Source: a virus
Lineage: Duplodnaviria; Heunggongvirae; Uroviricota; Caudoviricetes
Length of the DNA: 64,000 nucleotides
IMG/VR virus record: IMGVR_UViG_645951848_000002
Reading direction: 5' to 3' (one strand)
The position numbers and the translations under genes are program-made. This document shows positions 9,363 through 18,762 of the stretch, piece after piece; position 1 is the first letter of the stretch, and every line of letters begins with the position of its first letter. The notes beneath the pieces are model-generated. The model did no database searches. It saw only the letters and a program-made list of their open reading frames with translations, and had not been told where the DNA came from.

Positions 9363-9962
9363 TTAATTTATTTTTTTTAATTTTGGATTATTAAAATTCA
9401 AAGCTAAAATAACAGCATCTGATTTATCATTATCTTTTTTAAATGTTGTTAAGTCTAAAATTGGATATTTAGATTTAACAAATTTAAAAGCTTCTTCTTT
9501 AGTGTTTGGTTTTATTTTTAAATAACTTCTTGAAGAAGTTGGTGATATTTCATATATTTCTAAACCATTCTCAAATAAAAAATGATCTATTATGCCATGT
9601 AATTTCATTAATGGTCCTACTGATTTGATGGTAAAAGTAGATATAAAAGGAGATTCTATGATAGCTTTATAAGGTCTATATTTAGATATTATTTCTAATA
9701 TCCAATATAATATTTCTAAATTTCTTTCATGATTTGCTAATTTATTATTACCTTTAAAAGAATTCAAAAATAAGAAATAATTTTTTTCATGATCATATAC
9801 TGAAATTCCAGGGCAAGTTTTACTTAGGTCTATTGAAATTAGAAGATTTTTTTTTAAAGTTTTTCCAATATTCTTTGTTAATTCTTTTTCTTTCATTACT
9901 TTGTTCTTTATTTCTTTTATATCTTTGGTAATAGACATTATATTCATCATTCCCTTTTTCAA
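9363..9962 (-). CDS. RuvC-like Holliday-junction resolvase
   Basis: LLISIDLSKTCPGIS is the catalytic Asp region (cf. RuvC IILGIDPG). IIESPF is the middle acidic motif. C-terminal DKSDAVILALNF matches RuvC D-AADALAIA. The real start is probably internal (MKEKELT at about 9896) because of overlap with 9820..10314. Confidence 0.6.
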   Translation of the reverse strand: MKKGMMNIMSITKDIKEIKNKVMKEKELTKNIGKTLKKNLLISIDLSKTCPGISVYDHEKNYFLFLNSFKGNNKLANHERNLEILYWILEIISKYRPYKAIIESPFISTFTIKSVGPLMKLHGIIDHFLFENGLEIYEISPTSSRSYLKIKPNTKEEAFKFVKSKYPILDLTTFKKDNDKSDAVILALNFNNPKLKKIN

Positions 9963-10314
9963 TTATTTTATCCATTTCATTTTCTTTAAATAACAATTCC
10001 AAATCATTAACTGTTGGAAAATAATTAGTATTAAAATTTAAAAGACATATCTTTCCTAATTTATGAAAATTATGTCTTTCTTCATCATTTTTTTTATATT
10101 TAAGTAAATCTTTTGTTTTTTTAAAGAAAAAACCATCAATTTTTTCAGAATAATGTTGTTCGCCATTTACTTCTATGCAAATTGGTGGAGAAGTAGGGAA
10201 GTAAAAATCATATTTTTTACTCCCTTCTCTTACTTCTTCTAACAAAACAACATTATATATTTTAGAAATTATTTTTAATATTTTCTTCATATGTAAATGT
10301 GCTTTTGATAACAT
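9820..10314 (-). CDS. putative DUF559/Vsr-like restriction-endonuclease-fold protein
   Basis: ICIEVNGEQHY resembles the IEVDGxxH core of DUF559/very-short-patch-repair-like endonucleases. The low-complexity C-terminus overlaps the resolvase gene. Confidence 0.4.
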   Translation of the reverse strand: MLSKAHLHMKKILKIISKIYNVVLLEEVREGSKKYDFYFPTSPPICIEVNGEQHYSEKIDGFFFKKTKDLLKYKKNDEERHNFHKLGKICLLNFNTNYFPTVNDLELLFKENEMDKIIEKGNDEYNVYYQRYKRNKEQSNERKRINKEYWKNFKKKSSNFNRPK

Positions 10315-11441
10315 TAAACCACCCGTTTTGTATTCAATTTTTTATAATATTCTTCTGTTAATTCACTTAATCTATCTTCTATATTATTTATTAAGTCTAT
10401 ATGTTCTTTTGTTAATTCTTCTAATCTACCTTTAGTTTGCAACATAATCATAGACATTAATTGAGTAGATATATTTTCTAAGTAAGATTTAACACCTATT
10501 TTTTGAGAAGTTTTTGATTTTTCTTCAATTTCTTTTTCGATTTTTTTATTTACATTTTCCATTTTTTCTTCAAATGTTTCTTCTTCTTTCAATAAATCAT
10601 TTTTAACATTTAAAGTTCTTTCAATTTCTTTATTTTCTTCTTTTTCTATTAAGTTTTCTTCAGAAGAATTATCAGTTACTAAATTTTGAGATTCTGAAAT
10701 TGTTTTTTCTGTTAATTTTATTTCTTCTTTTTTTCTATTTTTTTCTTCTTCATTATAATCTTTTCCTTCTTTTAGCAATGAAATTGCTTCTCTTAATTGT
10801 ATTTTATTTAAATCAGAATATTTAAAATAGAAATTTTTAATTTTATGTTTTGTTTCACTAGAAATTTTTCCAGGGATTTCATTGTAAAACTTAATTAAAG
10901 AATAGATTTCTTCCATCATAGAAACTCTATCTACTTTATCAATTTCATCTTCTAGTATTTCTTTATGTATAACTGTCCAAGCAAATAAACTTCTTCCTCT
11001 TCTTTCATCAATTTTAAACATTCTAATAAAATCTACTATACTTAAATTAGATAATTTACCTTGATCTATAAAAGATTTATAAATTCCATAAATTGAAGTC
11101 GCTATATCATAATCACTTAATCTTTGTCCATGATTAATATTTTCATTAATAGCATCTTTTTGTAAACCTTCTATTTTTGAATATTCAGTTATATAAGCTC
11201 TAATTGTTTCTAAACCTAATCTTTTTGAAGCTTCTAATCTGTGATATCCATCTACAACAATTAATTCTCCATTAATTAAACCTAAATGTATTTCTGGAAA
11301 ATATTCAGATTCAATTAATGATTTTAAATTTTCTTCTAATAATCCATGTTTTCTTGGGTTAAAATTTTTTTCACTAATATCTTTTATTTTTACTTCTATT
11401 ACTTTTTTTATTCCATCTTTACTAATTTCTAAATTGGCCAT
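10314..11441 (-). CDS. ParB-like nuclease-domain (ParB/Srx N-terminal) protein with a long coiled-coil C-terminus
   Basis: LGLINGELIVVDGYHRLEASKRLGLETIRAYI is the ParB N-terminal box (GxxR / DG.HR). Confidence 0.7.
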   Translation of the reverse strand: MANLEISKDGIKKVIEVKIKDISEKNFNPRKHGLLEENLKSLIESEYFPEIHLGLINGELIVVDGYHRLEASKRLGLETIRAYITEYSKIEGLQKDAINENINHGQRLSDYDIATSIYGIYKSFIDQGKLSNLSIVDFIRMFKIDERRGRSLFAWTVIHKEILEDEIDKVDRVSMMEEIYSLIKFYNEIPGKISSETKHKIKNFYFKYSDLNKIQLREAISLLKEGKDYNEEEKNRKKEEIKLTEKTISESQNLVTDNSSEENLIEKEENKEIERTLNVKNDLLKEEETFEEKMENVNKKIEKEIEEKSKTSQKIGVKSYLENISTQLMSMIMLQTKGRLEELTKEHIDLINNIEDRLSELTEEYYKKLNTKRVV

Positions 11442-11893
11442 TATTTCAACTCCTTATTTTCTTTATAAAATAAAAACATTTTTTTTTGCAAATAATACAT
11501 ATTGTAATATTCATTAGGAATATATTTATTTCCTATTTTTTCTATTCTTTTTTCATTTACTGCTTTTTCTCTTATATAGCTAACCATTTTATTTAATTGT
11601 TCATTTAATTCAGAAGATAATTTAACTTTTTGTTTATAATTAAAGAAATTTTCATTTAATGTTTTTATTTCATCTTCATCTGGTTCATAATCATTTAATT
11701 CTATTGAATTTAAATATTGTTCTGGCGTAAGATTTAACACTACATAAAATAAATAATCCATTACACTATCATATTCATCATTATTAGAACGTGATAGTGT
11801 AATTAAATTATCTAATTTATTATGGCATTTATTTCCTACAAAATAAGTTTTTATTTTTTTTGTAAAACCTTTACAATTTACTTTATCTTTCAT
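11441..11893 (-). CDS. hypothetical protein (150 aa)
   Basis: ORF sharing a 1-nt ATGA-type junction with the downstream gene. Confidence 0.5.
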   Translation of the reverse strand: MKDKVNCKGFTKKIKTYFVGNKCHNKLDNLITLSRSNNDEYDSVMDYLFYVVLNLTPEQYLNSIELNDYEPDEDEIKTLNENFFNYKQKVKLSSELNEQLNKMVSYIREKAVNEKRIEKIGNKYIPNEYYNMYYLQKKMFLFYKENKELK

Positions 11894-12486
11894 ATAAATG
11901 TCATTTCCTCTATTATGTTTTTTAATTCATTTAATATTTCTATATTTTCAAAAGTAACATATTCTACATTAGGTTCTTTTATTTCTGGAATACTATAAAC
12001 TAATTTATATATTTTATATTGATTATTTTTTATTACATCGTTTAGTATTAAGCCATCAACTGTGCTTTTATTAAAAGAATCTTTATTTCTCAAAAATTGA
12101 TTTTTACTTATTAAAAAATCAATTATCTTATTATACTTAGAATAACTTTCTTGAAATTTTTCTTGAATAGAAATATTATTTGAATTACATGTAGTTAATT
12201 GAGATAAGTTTGGTCCAGCACAAACAATTTTATTGTTTTCTTTTAATATTAAATAAATTATATTATCATTTTTTAAAACTGTTCCTTTTTCTTTGTTTTT
12301 ATTAAATATTTTATTATCAAATGTACAATCAACAACGCTACAAAAATCTTTTATATTTTTGTTTTTTGATAGTTCATTAATTGTTGTGATTACACATTCT
12401 TTTCTTGATAGATTTACAAGTTCTGAAATTTGGTCTTTTTTAAACTGATTAGTTTCTTCAAAAACAACTAAAATTCTATCATTCAT
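11890..12486 (-). CDS. hypothetical protein (198 aa)
   Basis: ORF with a 4-nt overlap. Confidence 0.5.
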   Translation of the reverse strand: MNDRILVVFEETNQFKKDQISELVNLSRKECVITTINELSKNKNIKDFCSVVDCTFDNKIFNKNKEKGTVLKNDNIIYLILKENNKIVCAGPNLSQLTTCNSNNISIQEKFQESYSKYNKIIDFLISKNQFLRNKDSFNKSTVDGLILNDVIKNNQYKIYKLVYSIPEIKEPNVEYVTFENIEILNELKNIIEEMTFI

Positions 12487-12498
12487 AAAATCACCTAA

Positions 12499-12825
12499 TT
12501 AAAGATCGAAATAATCCATATCATCAGTCATATCGTAATTTTGTGGATTTTGAGCGTTTTGCTCATTTGTATTTTTTGGAGTATATCTATTATTTGATGA
12601 TGCTGAATTATTTTTTTCTTTATTGTATGGTGTTGATATTTTAACAGAATAGTCTGGAGACTTATCAGAAGTTCTGTTTTTATTTTCGAAAGCAACATAA
12701 TTAACACCATTTATACTTATTGACAAATATTGTACTCCGTTTGCACTTTCCCTTACCCAAATTCCACCTACAAATTCACTTTTATTTTCTTGAGTTTCTT
12801 GTACTTTTTTTTTTAATAATGCCAT
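12499..12825 (-). CDS. putative single-stranded DNA-binding protein (inferred from position and acidic C-terminal tail)
   Basis: Lies immediately downstream of the RecA-like gene. The tail ends NPQNYDMTDDMDYFDL, an acidic tail with terminal F, like the partner-recruiting tails of SSB, T7 gp2.5 and T4 gp32. The core is beta-rich (GGIWVRESANGVQYLSISI). Confidence 0.4.
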   Translation of the reverse strand: MALLKKKVQETQENKSEFVGGIWVRESANGVQYLSISINGVNYVAFENKNRTSDKSPDYSVKISTPYNKEKNNSASSNNRYTPKNTNEQNAQNPQNYDMTDDMDYFDL

Positions 12826-12839
12826 TTGATTTCCTCCTT

Positions 12840-14240
12840 TTATTCAAATAAACTTTCAGTTTCTTCTTTTTTTATTTCTGCTTCTTCATTTGTTTCTTTT
12901 TTATTTTTTTTAGTTTGTTTTTTTGTTTCTTTTATTTCTTCAGTTTCTTCTTTTTTTTCATCAGAAGAATTATTTTTTAAATTAAACATAGCTAATTTGT
13001 ATTCTTCTTCAGAAAAATAATAAGATGGTTCTAATTTTTCATCAAATTTAAATTCATTTTTATCCATATCTGTTATTAAATCTTCTTTATTTAATATTTT
13101 CGCTGTCTCTATTTTTATTTTTTTTATGCTTTTATTTTCTTCTTCTAGTAATTTTTTTATATTATTAAATTGAACTATAAATAATTCTGGTGGTAATCCT
13201 TTAGAATATAAAAGCATTTTTAATTCTGTATAGAAATCTGGATTTTCTGAAAGTAATTTATTTACTCCATTAGCTCCTTGCACTTTTTTGGTTTCTCCGT
13301 TACTATCTACTATTTCGTACCAAGAACCACCTTTTGTAATTAATCCATAAATAGTAGCATAATCAACTAATTCTTGTATTTTCTTGACAGCTATTTTTTT
13401 TCTTCTATCTAAATTTATCCAAGTAAAAGTTTCCTTAAATGGCTCTGAAATTTTAGATTTTTCATTAATTATTTTTACATATTGAGTGACAACTTTATTT
13501 TCACTTATTTGGTCTTTTTCAGTTTCATTTTGAGAATTTATTTTAGCTAATCTATAAACTGTTGATGGATAATATAACATTGCTTTTCCACCAGAACGTC
13601 CATGTTGCCTTACTGTATATCCAGACATATTTATTCTTTCTTGTTGAATTATAAAAATAGTAATTCCATATTTAGATATAAAATCTGTTAGATCTGATAA
13701 CGCTCTTGAAAGTATTCTAGATTTATCCATAACAATATTATCTTCAAGACTTTTACCTAATTGTGAATTAGTAGTCATTGAATCTACTGAATCTATTATA
13801 ATTACATCCACTAACCCTTCTTTAACGATTTCTTTAATAGTGTCAAAAATACTTTCCATTATTCCATCTTTTAAAAATATCATATTTTCTTTTTTTAAAT
13901 TAGGTATTCTGTTAATAAATGTTTCATCTAAGGTTCCTTCAGAATCTACATATAAAAATTGTTTATCCGGATCTGTTAATTGAAAACCTTCACATATTTG
14001 TAGTGCCAAAGTTGATTTACCGCCAGATTCAGCTCCATATATAACATTAAAGGTTCCTTTTTTAAATCCATTGGTATTTAAATCTATTCCTAAAATACCA
14101 GTTAACATATAGTTTTCTCTACCAGACATTTTGAAATCATTTAGATTACCTAATTTAATTTCTTTTCCTTCTTTTTCAGCTATTTTATTTTGATTTTTTA
14201 TAAATTCATCTAATTTTTTTCTTTTTTCATTAGATAACAT
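12840..14240 (-). CDS. RecA-family recombinase (RecA/UvsX-like)
   Basis: MLTGILGIDLNTNGF..GTFNVIYGAESGGKSTLALQ contains Walker A. The C-terminal GLITKGGSWYEIVD...GETKKVQGANGVNKLL is a RecA C-terminal-domain signature. There are extra N-terminal and K/E-rich C-terminal extensions. Confidence 0.85.
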   Translation of the reverse strand: MLSNEKRKKLDEFIKNQNKIAEKEGKEIKLGNLNDFKMSGRENYMLTGILGIDLNTNGFKKGTFNVIYGAESGGKSTLALQICEGFQLTDPDKQFLYVDSEGTLDETFINRIPNLKKENMIFLKDGIMESIFDTIKEIVKEGLVDVIIIDSVDSMTTNSQLGKSLEDNIVMDKSRILSRALSDLTDFISKYGITIFIIQQERINMSGYTVRQHGRSGGKAMLYYPSTVYRLAKINSQNETEKDQISENKVVTQYVKIINEKSKISEPFKETFTWINLDRRKKIAVKKIQELVDYATIYGLITKGGSWYEIVDSNGETKKVQGANGVNKLLSENPDFYTELKMLLYSKGLPPELFIVQFNNIKKLLEEENKSIKKIKIETAKILNKEDLITDMDKNEFKFDEKLEPSYYFSEEEYKLAMFNLKNNSSDEKKEETEEIKETKKQTKKNKKETNEEAEIKKEETESLFE

Positions 14241-14252
14241 AAAAACTCCTTT

Positions 14253-16676
14253 CTATTCGTAATATTGTTCAAATTCAGTTCCCCAAATTTTAAAATAATA
14301 ATTATATTCTTGACTTCCTGGTATAACTGGAATTAATTTACTTGTTATTTCATCTAATTTATAAAAATAAGGAACATTATTATTTTGATTGTTTCCAGCT
14401 TTTGATTTTTCTTGTAATGTAATTAATATAGGACTATTTTTTCCATTATTGTTCCATACCATTTGTGTATTATGTATATTTTGTAAATTTCTAGTAGGAT
14501 TATATATAAATCCAACAACATCACAATCATAATTCATTCTTCTTGAACCAGATAAATTATATTGAGAATGTTTTGCATTATTTTTAGATTTATTAAGTTC
14601 ATAGTTAACAAAACTTAAATATTTATATTTTTCAGATAATTTTTTTATATTTTCTGAAACAAAACCAATAGAATCTTGTATTTTAATATCTGTACTAATT
14701 TTATTAGCTGAATCAATAATCATAATTTTAAATTTTTCTTTTAGTTCATCTTTTGTTCCTATATCTCTTACACAACTTTCAAATTTTATCCAGTTATCTA
14801 TACCATGTTTTACATCTAAAATTAATAATCTTTTTGTTTCTATTAATCTTTTTATATAGTTTTTACCTTTTTCATATTTTTCATAAAACTTAATAGATTG
14901 TTCTGTATTTTTAGATCTTCCAAAAGAATAATGAAAGTTAGGATTTGAACAATAATCTCTAGGTAATCCAGTTAAATTAGCTATTAAATTAGAATATATT
15001 TTTTCAGCTGGGTCATCTGTTGAAATGTATAAAACAAAACCATTTGAAACTTTAGAAGCAACATTAATAGCTATTTGTTGTAACAAAGTAGTTTTACCAG
15101 AATTAGCATTACTTGCAATACCAAAAGTATTTCCTGGTATTAAATCTAAATCATCTAACCAAGGTATTTGAAAATCTATGTTAAATAAGTCATAAATTGA
15201 TTTATTTCTTTCAAATTCATCAAAGAATTCTAAACCACTTTCAAATATATCTGTTTTTTTCTTCTCAAATTTTTTGTTTATATCTTCATAATCTTCTTTT
15301 ATAGCTTCTATTATTGTTAATAAATTATCTGGATTTCTTTCAACATTTTTTGAAGCATAATCTATCAATTTTTTAACTTCTTGTTTGTATAGTTCATTTT
15401 TACTTTCAAGAGTATATTCTATTTGCTCTAATATTGTTTTATAAGAGTATTCATTTAAATATTTAGATAATATTCTAGCTTGTTCTTCTCTCAATTTAGG
15501 AGATTTACTTTGTGCTATTATAGAAACAAATTTATCAAATATAATAGATTCTTCAAAAGGCCCTTCTTTTAGTTTTTTCAATTCATATTCAAATAAATTG
15601 TAAATATCGTATATATCAATTAATGTTAAATCATCTTCTGAATTATTTAGAATTTCATCTAAATCTTTATATTGTGACATTTTATTTATGGCCACTACAT
15701 AATCTTTGTTTAACTTTTTATTTTTAAATCTTTCTATTAAAGAATCTGTTCTTTTATTTCCAGTTTTATCATTATCTAAAGCAATAGCTATTTTGTTTAT
15801 ATTTTTATTTTTTTCCAAAAATGCTATATGTTCATCTGTGAAACTTGCTGAACCTAAAGCTACTACATTTCTAAAACCTTTTTGATATGCTGTGACAAAA
15901 TCTATATAACCCTCAACTATTAAAATTATACCAAGGGGATTAAATTTCTTTTTAATATCACTCCAACCAAAAAATATTTCTGATTTATTATATATTTCAG
16001 TTTCTGCTCCATTAATATATTTTGGATTATTTACAACATCATTCATTTCTCTTGAAACAAAAGAACAAGGTCTACCGAATTTATCTTTAATTATAAATAT
16101 TAATTTATTTTCATTAACTTTAAATTTTGTTATTCCTACTTCTTTTAATATTTCTTCAATGTTATTTAATTTAAAATTATTCAATAAATATTTTTTACAA
16201 TCTTCAAAGTTTACAACACTTCCTATATTAAGTTCTTTTGCTGTTTCTTCTGTAATATTTCTTTTTTCTAAAAAATTTTTATTTGCATTTTTAGTTATAT
16301 AATCAGAAAAACTTTTCATTATTCTATACATAGTATGTTTTTTTATTTCTTCGGCTGTTAATTCTTTTTGTAAATGCTCATAAGGGAATCCGTATTTTCT
16401 AGCTAAATAAAAAACATTTTCTTCTATAAAATCTGGTCCACAAATTGGTTTATTTTCTAATAAATGTGCTAAATCAAATATATCACATGTGTAATTACAA
16501 CTAAAACAATAAAATATATTGTTTTCTTCCCAAAAGTGCATTGATGGATTATGATCTTCATGCTCTGGATTTAAGCAAGTAATAAAACCACTATTATTAG
16601 GAACTACCCCAAATTCTTCTGCATAGTTAAGTATATAAGGTTTTAATAGCTCCATTAATTCTTGTATACTATTCAT
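14253..16676 (-). CDS. bifunctional DNA primase-helicase (DnaG-type zinc finger + TOPRIM + DnaB-like helicase)
   Basis: CLNPEHEDHNPSMHFWEENNIFYCFSCNYTCD is a CHC2 zinc finger. IILIVEGYIDFVTAY is TOPRIM. The C-terminal GIASNANSGKTTLLQQIA is the Walker A of the DnaB/gp4-like helicase. Confidence 0.9.
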   Translation of the reverse strand: MNSIQELMELLKPYILNYAEEFGVVPNNSGFITCLNPEHEDHNPSMHFWEENNIFYCFSCNYTCDIFDLAHLLENKPICGPDFIEENVFYLARKYGFPYEHLQKELTAEEIKKHTMYRIMKSFSDYITKNANKNFLEKRNITEETAKELNIGSVVNFEDCKKYLLNNFKLNNIEEILKEVGITKFKVNENKLIFIIKDKFGRPCSFVSREMNDVVNNPKYINGAETEIYNKSEIFFGWSDIKKKFNPLGIILIVEGYIDFVTAYQKGFRNVVALGSASFTDEHIAFLEKNKNINKIAIALDNDKTGNKRTDSLIERFKNKKLNKDYVVAINKMSQYKDLDEILNNSEDDLTLIDIYDIYNLFEYELKKLKEGPFEESIIFDKFVSIIAQSKSPKLREEQARILSKYLNEYSYKTILEQIEYTLESKNELYKQEVKKLIDYASKNVERNPDNLLTIIEAIKEDYEDINKKFEKKKTDIFESGLEFFDEFERNKSIYDLFNIDFQIPWLDDLDLIPGNTFGIASNANSGKTTLLQQIAINVASKVSNGFVLYISTDDPAEKIYSNLIANLTGLPRDYCSNPNFHYSFGRSKNTEQSIKFYEKYEKGKNYIKRLIETKRLLILDVKHGIDNWIKFESCVRDIGTKDELKEKFKIMIIDSANKISTDIKIQDSIGFVSENIKKLSEKYKYLSFVNYELNKSKNNAKHSQYNLSGSRRMNYDCDVVGFIYNPTRNLQNIHNTQMVWNNNGKNSPILITLQEKSKAGNNQNNNVPYFYKLDEITSKLIPVIPGSQEYNYYFKIWGTEFEQYYE

Positions 16677-16744
16677 TATTTTTCCTCCTTTTATATTTTA
16701 TGGAACTCTATTTTAATATTTTATTTTTGTAAAATAAAATTTGA

Positions 16745-16783
16745 ATAAAAAAAAGAGAATAGATTTTTTTCTTCTATTCTCTT
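16745..16783 (-). terminator. rho-independent terminator after the HU gene
   Basis: Hairpin AGAGAATAG..CTATTCTCT with an 11-nt loop, followed on the minus strand by T8. Confidence 0.6.
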
Positions 16784-16809
16784 TATGTTATTTTATTCAT
16801 TTTTATCTT

Positions 16810-17082
16810 TTATTTTATTAAAGTACTTAAATTTTTTGAAGCCTTAAAAGTAACAGCTTTTCTTGCGGGAATTACAATTTTTTCTCCAGTTTTAGGATTA
16901 ACTCCATTTTTTTCAGCTCTGTCTTTTACTTTAAAAGTTCCTAATTTACCTAAATTAAAATCTTCACCTTTTTTTAATTCTTCTGTTATCACTTCTTCTA
17001 ATGTATCTAGAAATTTTTCTGTTTCTATTTTTTTAATTCCTAATTTTTCAGATAATACGTTTAATAATTCTTTTTTTAACAT
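16810..17082 (-). CDS. hup: HU/IHF-family histone-like DNA-binding protein
   Basis: At 90 aa, the N-terminus MLKKELLNVLSEKLGIKK and the arm GKLGTFKVKDRAEKNGVNPKTGEKIVIPARKAVTFKASK are the canonical HU beta-arm. Confidence 0.85.
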   Translation of the reverse strand: MLKKELLNVLSEKLGIKKIETEKFLDTLEEVITEELKKGEDFNLGKLGTFKVKDRAEKNGVNPKTGEKIVIPARKAVTFKASKNLSTLIK

Positions 17083-17555
17083 TATTTTTCTCCTTGTTTT
17101 TATTTTTAGTAATTTTTATTTTAAACAATTTTACGCCAGCGGAATTTAAATTGGATTTTTTATAATGGGAGATTTTTGTTTAAATTCCTTTGGCTGAATT
17201 TTTATAAATTAATTGAGATAATTTCAGCCAGATACAAAATATGAAGCTAAAGCAAAGCAAAAAACTTTTATTCTGGATTTTATATATTCTTTATTCTATA
17301 TATTTTAAATTTGAGATTTTATAACTTTAAAATTTAAATTAAAAACTTTTAACTAAAATCTAAAATCTTAATGAAACTTAGAAACCAGTTTCTAGGTTAT
17401 GGGTATTTAATTGTAATTTAAATAATTACATACCAAATCATATATTTTTTAGAATTTATTCAAAATTTTTCTTATTATTTATACTTTTAAGAAAAATCAA
17501 GAAAAAAGAAAAAGTACCTTATTTTTATATTTTTCAAAATTATCTCAATTTTTAA
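17083..17555. promoter_or_regulatory. 473-bp non-coding region, the longest in the window; candidate promoter cluster or replication origin
   Basis: It has no ORF. It contains GC-motif copy 2 (17131..17146). It has the inverted repeat GGCTGAATTT...AATTTCAGCC (17192..17235). It has the palindrome TAGAAAC-CA-GTTTCTA (about 17379..17394). It has AT tracts. It sits between the HU/primase-helicase genes and the next operon. Confidence 0.4.
17131..17146. promoter_or_regulatory. GC-rich palindromic motif, copy 2 (TTACGCCAGCGGAATT)
   Basis: Lies 49 nt upstream of the HU start, inside the 473-bp non-coding region. Confidence 0.5.
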
Positions 17556-18182
17556 TTAAATATCTATTTCTATTTCAGTTGTTGCATTTTTAATATTCAA
17601 TTGAATATTAATTTTTTCCATAAAACTAATTTTTTCTTCTTGAATTTTAGCAAATTTTTTATCTAATTGCAAATAATCATCTGTATATAATTCATAATTT
17701 TTTAATGCTTTTTCTAATGCTTTAGAATCACCTTCATGAGAACTATTAGATTTTCTAGAATAAGTTTCTAATAACATTTCTTTTTGATTTTCTTTTTGTT
17801 CTTTAATTTCTTCTTCTTTTTTATTTTTCTTATATAATTGATTTTTTAATAATTCTTCTATATTTACTATTTCTTTACCTTTATACAATTCTAAAGCTAA
17901 TGCTATTATATATTCTTTATTATCTATTTTAATTGTATTAGAAGCGTTAAAAGACATAATTTCAGATTTAATTTTATTTCTATTTTCTATCAATTTATTT
18001 AAAGATTGATAAGAAGATTCAATTTCTTTTTTTTCTTTTTCTAATTTTTCTTTATATAATTCACTATCTTGTAAATTTTCAACTATAAACATATTCTTTT
18101 TTGATAATTCGTCATATATTTTTTTTATTTTTTTTTCAGTTAATTTTAATTCGCCTAACCATTCAGCTATAACTTTTTTCAT
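17556..18182 (-). CDS. hypothetical coiled-coil protein (208 aa)
   Basis: ORF with a K/E-rich heptad-like sequence. Confidence 0.5.
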   Translation of the reverse strand: MKKVIAEWLGELKLTEKKIKKIYDELSKKNMFIVENLQDSELYKEKLEKEKKEIESSYQSLNKLIENRNKIKSEIMSFNASNTIKIDNKEYIIALALELYKGKEIVNIEELLKNQLYKKNKKEEEIKEQKENQKEMLLETYSRKSNSSHEGDSKALEKALKNYELYTDDYLQLDKKFAKIQEEKISFMEKINIQLNIKNATTEIEIDI

Positions 18183-18519
18183 TTTATCTACTCCTTTTTT
18201 TAATCATTTAATAAATCATTTATATTATTATTTTTATTTTTTATCAATTCGTAGTTAAATTTACCCATATTTTCATCATCAATAAAATTAAATAATATTT
18301 CATTTGTTATTTCTTCTATATTGAATTTTTTATACCCAAGTACTTTTATATGATTTTTTACAAAATCAAATTCATCTTTATATTTTTCTTCTTCATTATC
18401 ATTGTATCGTAAAGAACTTCTTTTTATATTGTAAAAAATAAATTTATTATTTTGTTTATAAACTGTAGCTATTAAAAAATCATAAGTTGTATTATCAATT
18501 TTTTCTAATTTATATAATA

Positions 18520-18762
18520 TTAATGGTTTTCTAAAAAAACTACATATCCAATAAAAAAACTTAATATTATATACCAGTATTTTAATTTTTTTTCTAATTG
18601 ATTTCTGTTTGTTATGTATATTGAGTTTTTATTTCCATTAATTTCACAACTTTTTAATTGTATATAACATCTAAAACTAAAATTTTTTTTAACTATATCA
18701 TGTATTTCAATAAACTTTAAATTATTTTTTTGAATTTCAAACTTTGTATATTTTTTCATCAT
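18520..18762 (-). CDS. hypothetical protein (80 aa); probably the N-terminal part of a frameshifted longer gene
   Basis: An open frame without an ATG continues in another frame down to about 18186 (see findings). Confidence 0.35.
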   Translation of the reverse strand: MMKKYTKFEIQKNNLKFIEIHDIVKKNFSFRCYIQLKSCEINGNKNSIYITNRNQLEKKLKYWYIILSFFIGYVVFLENH

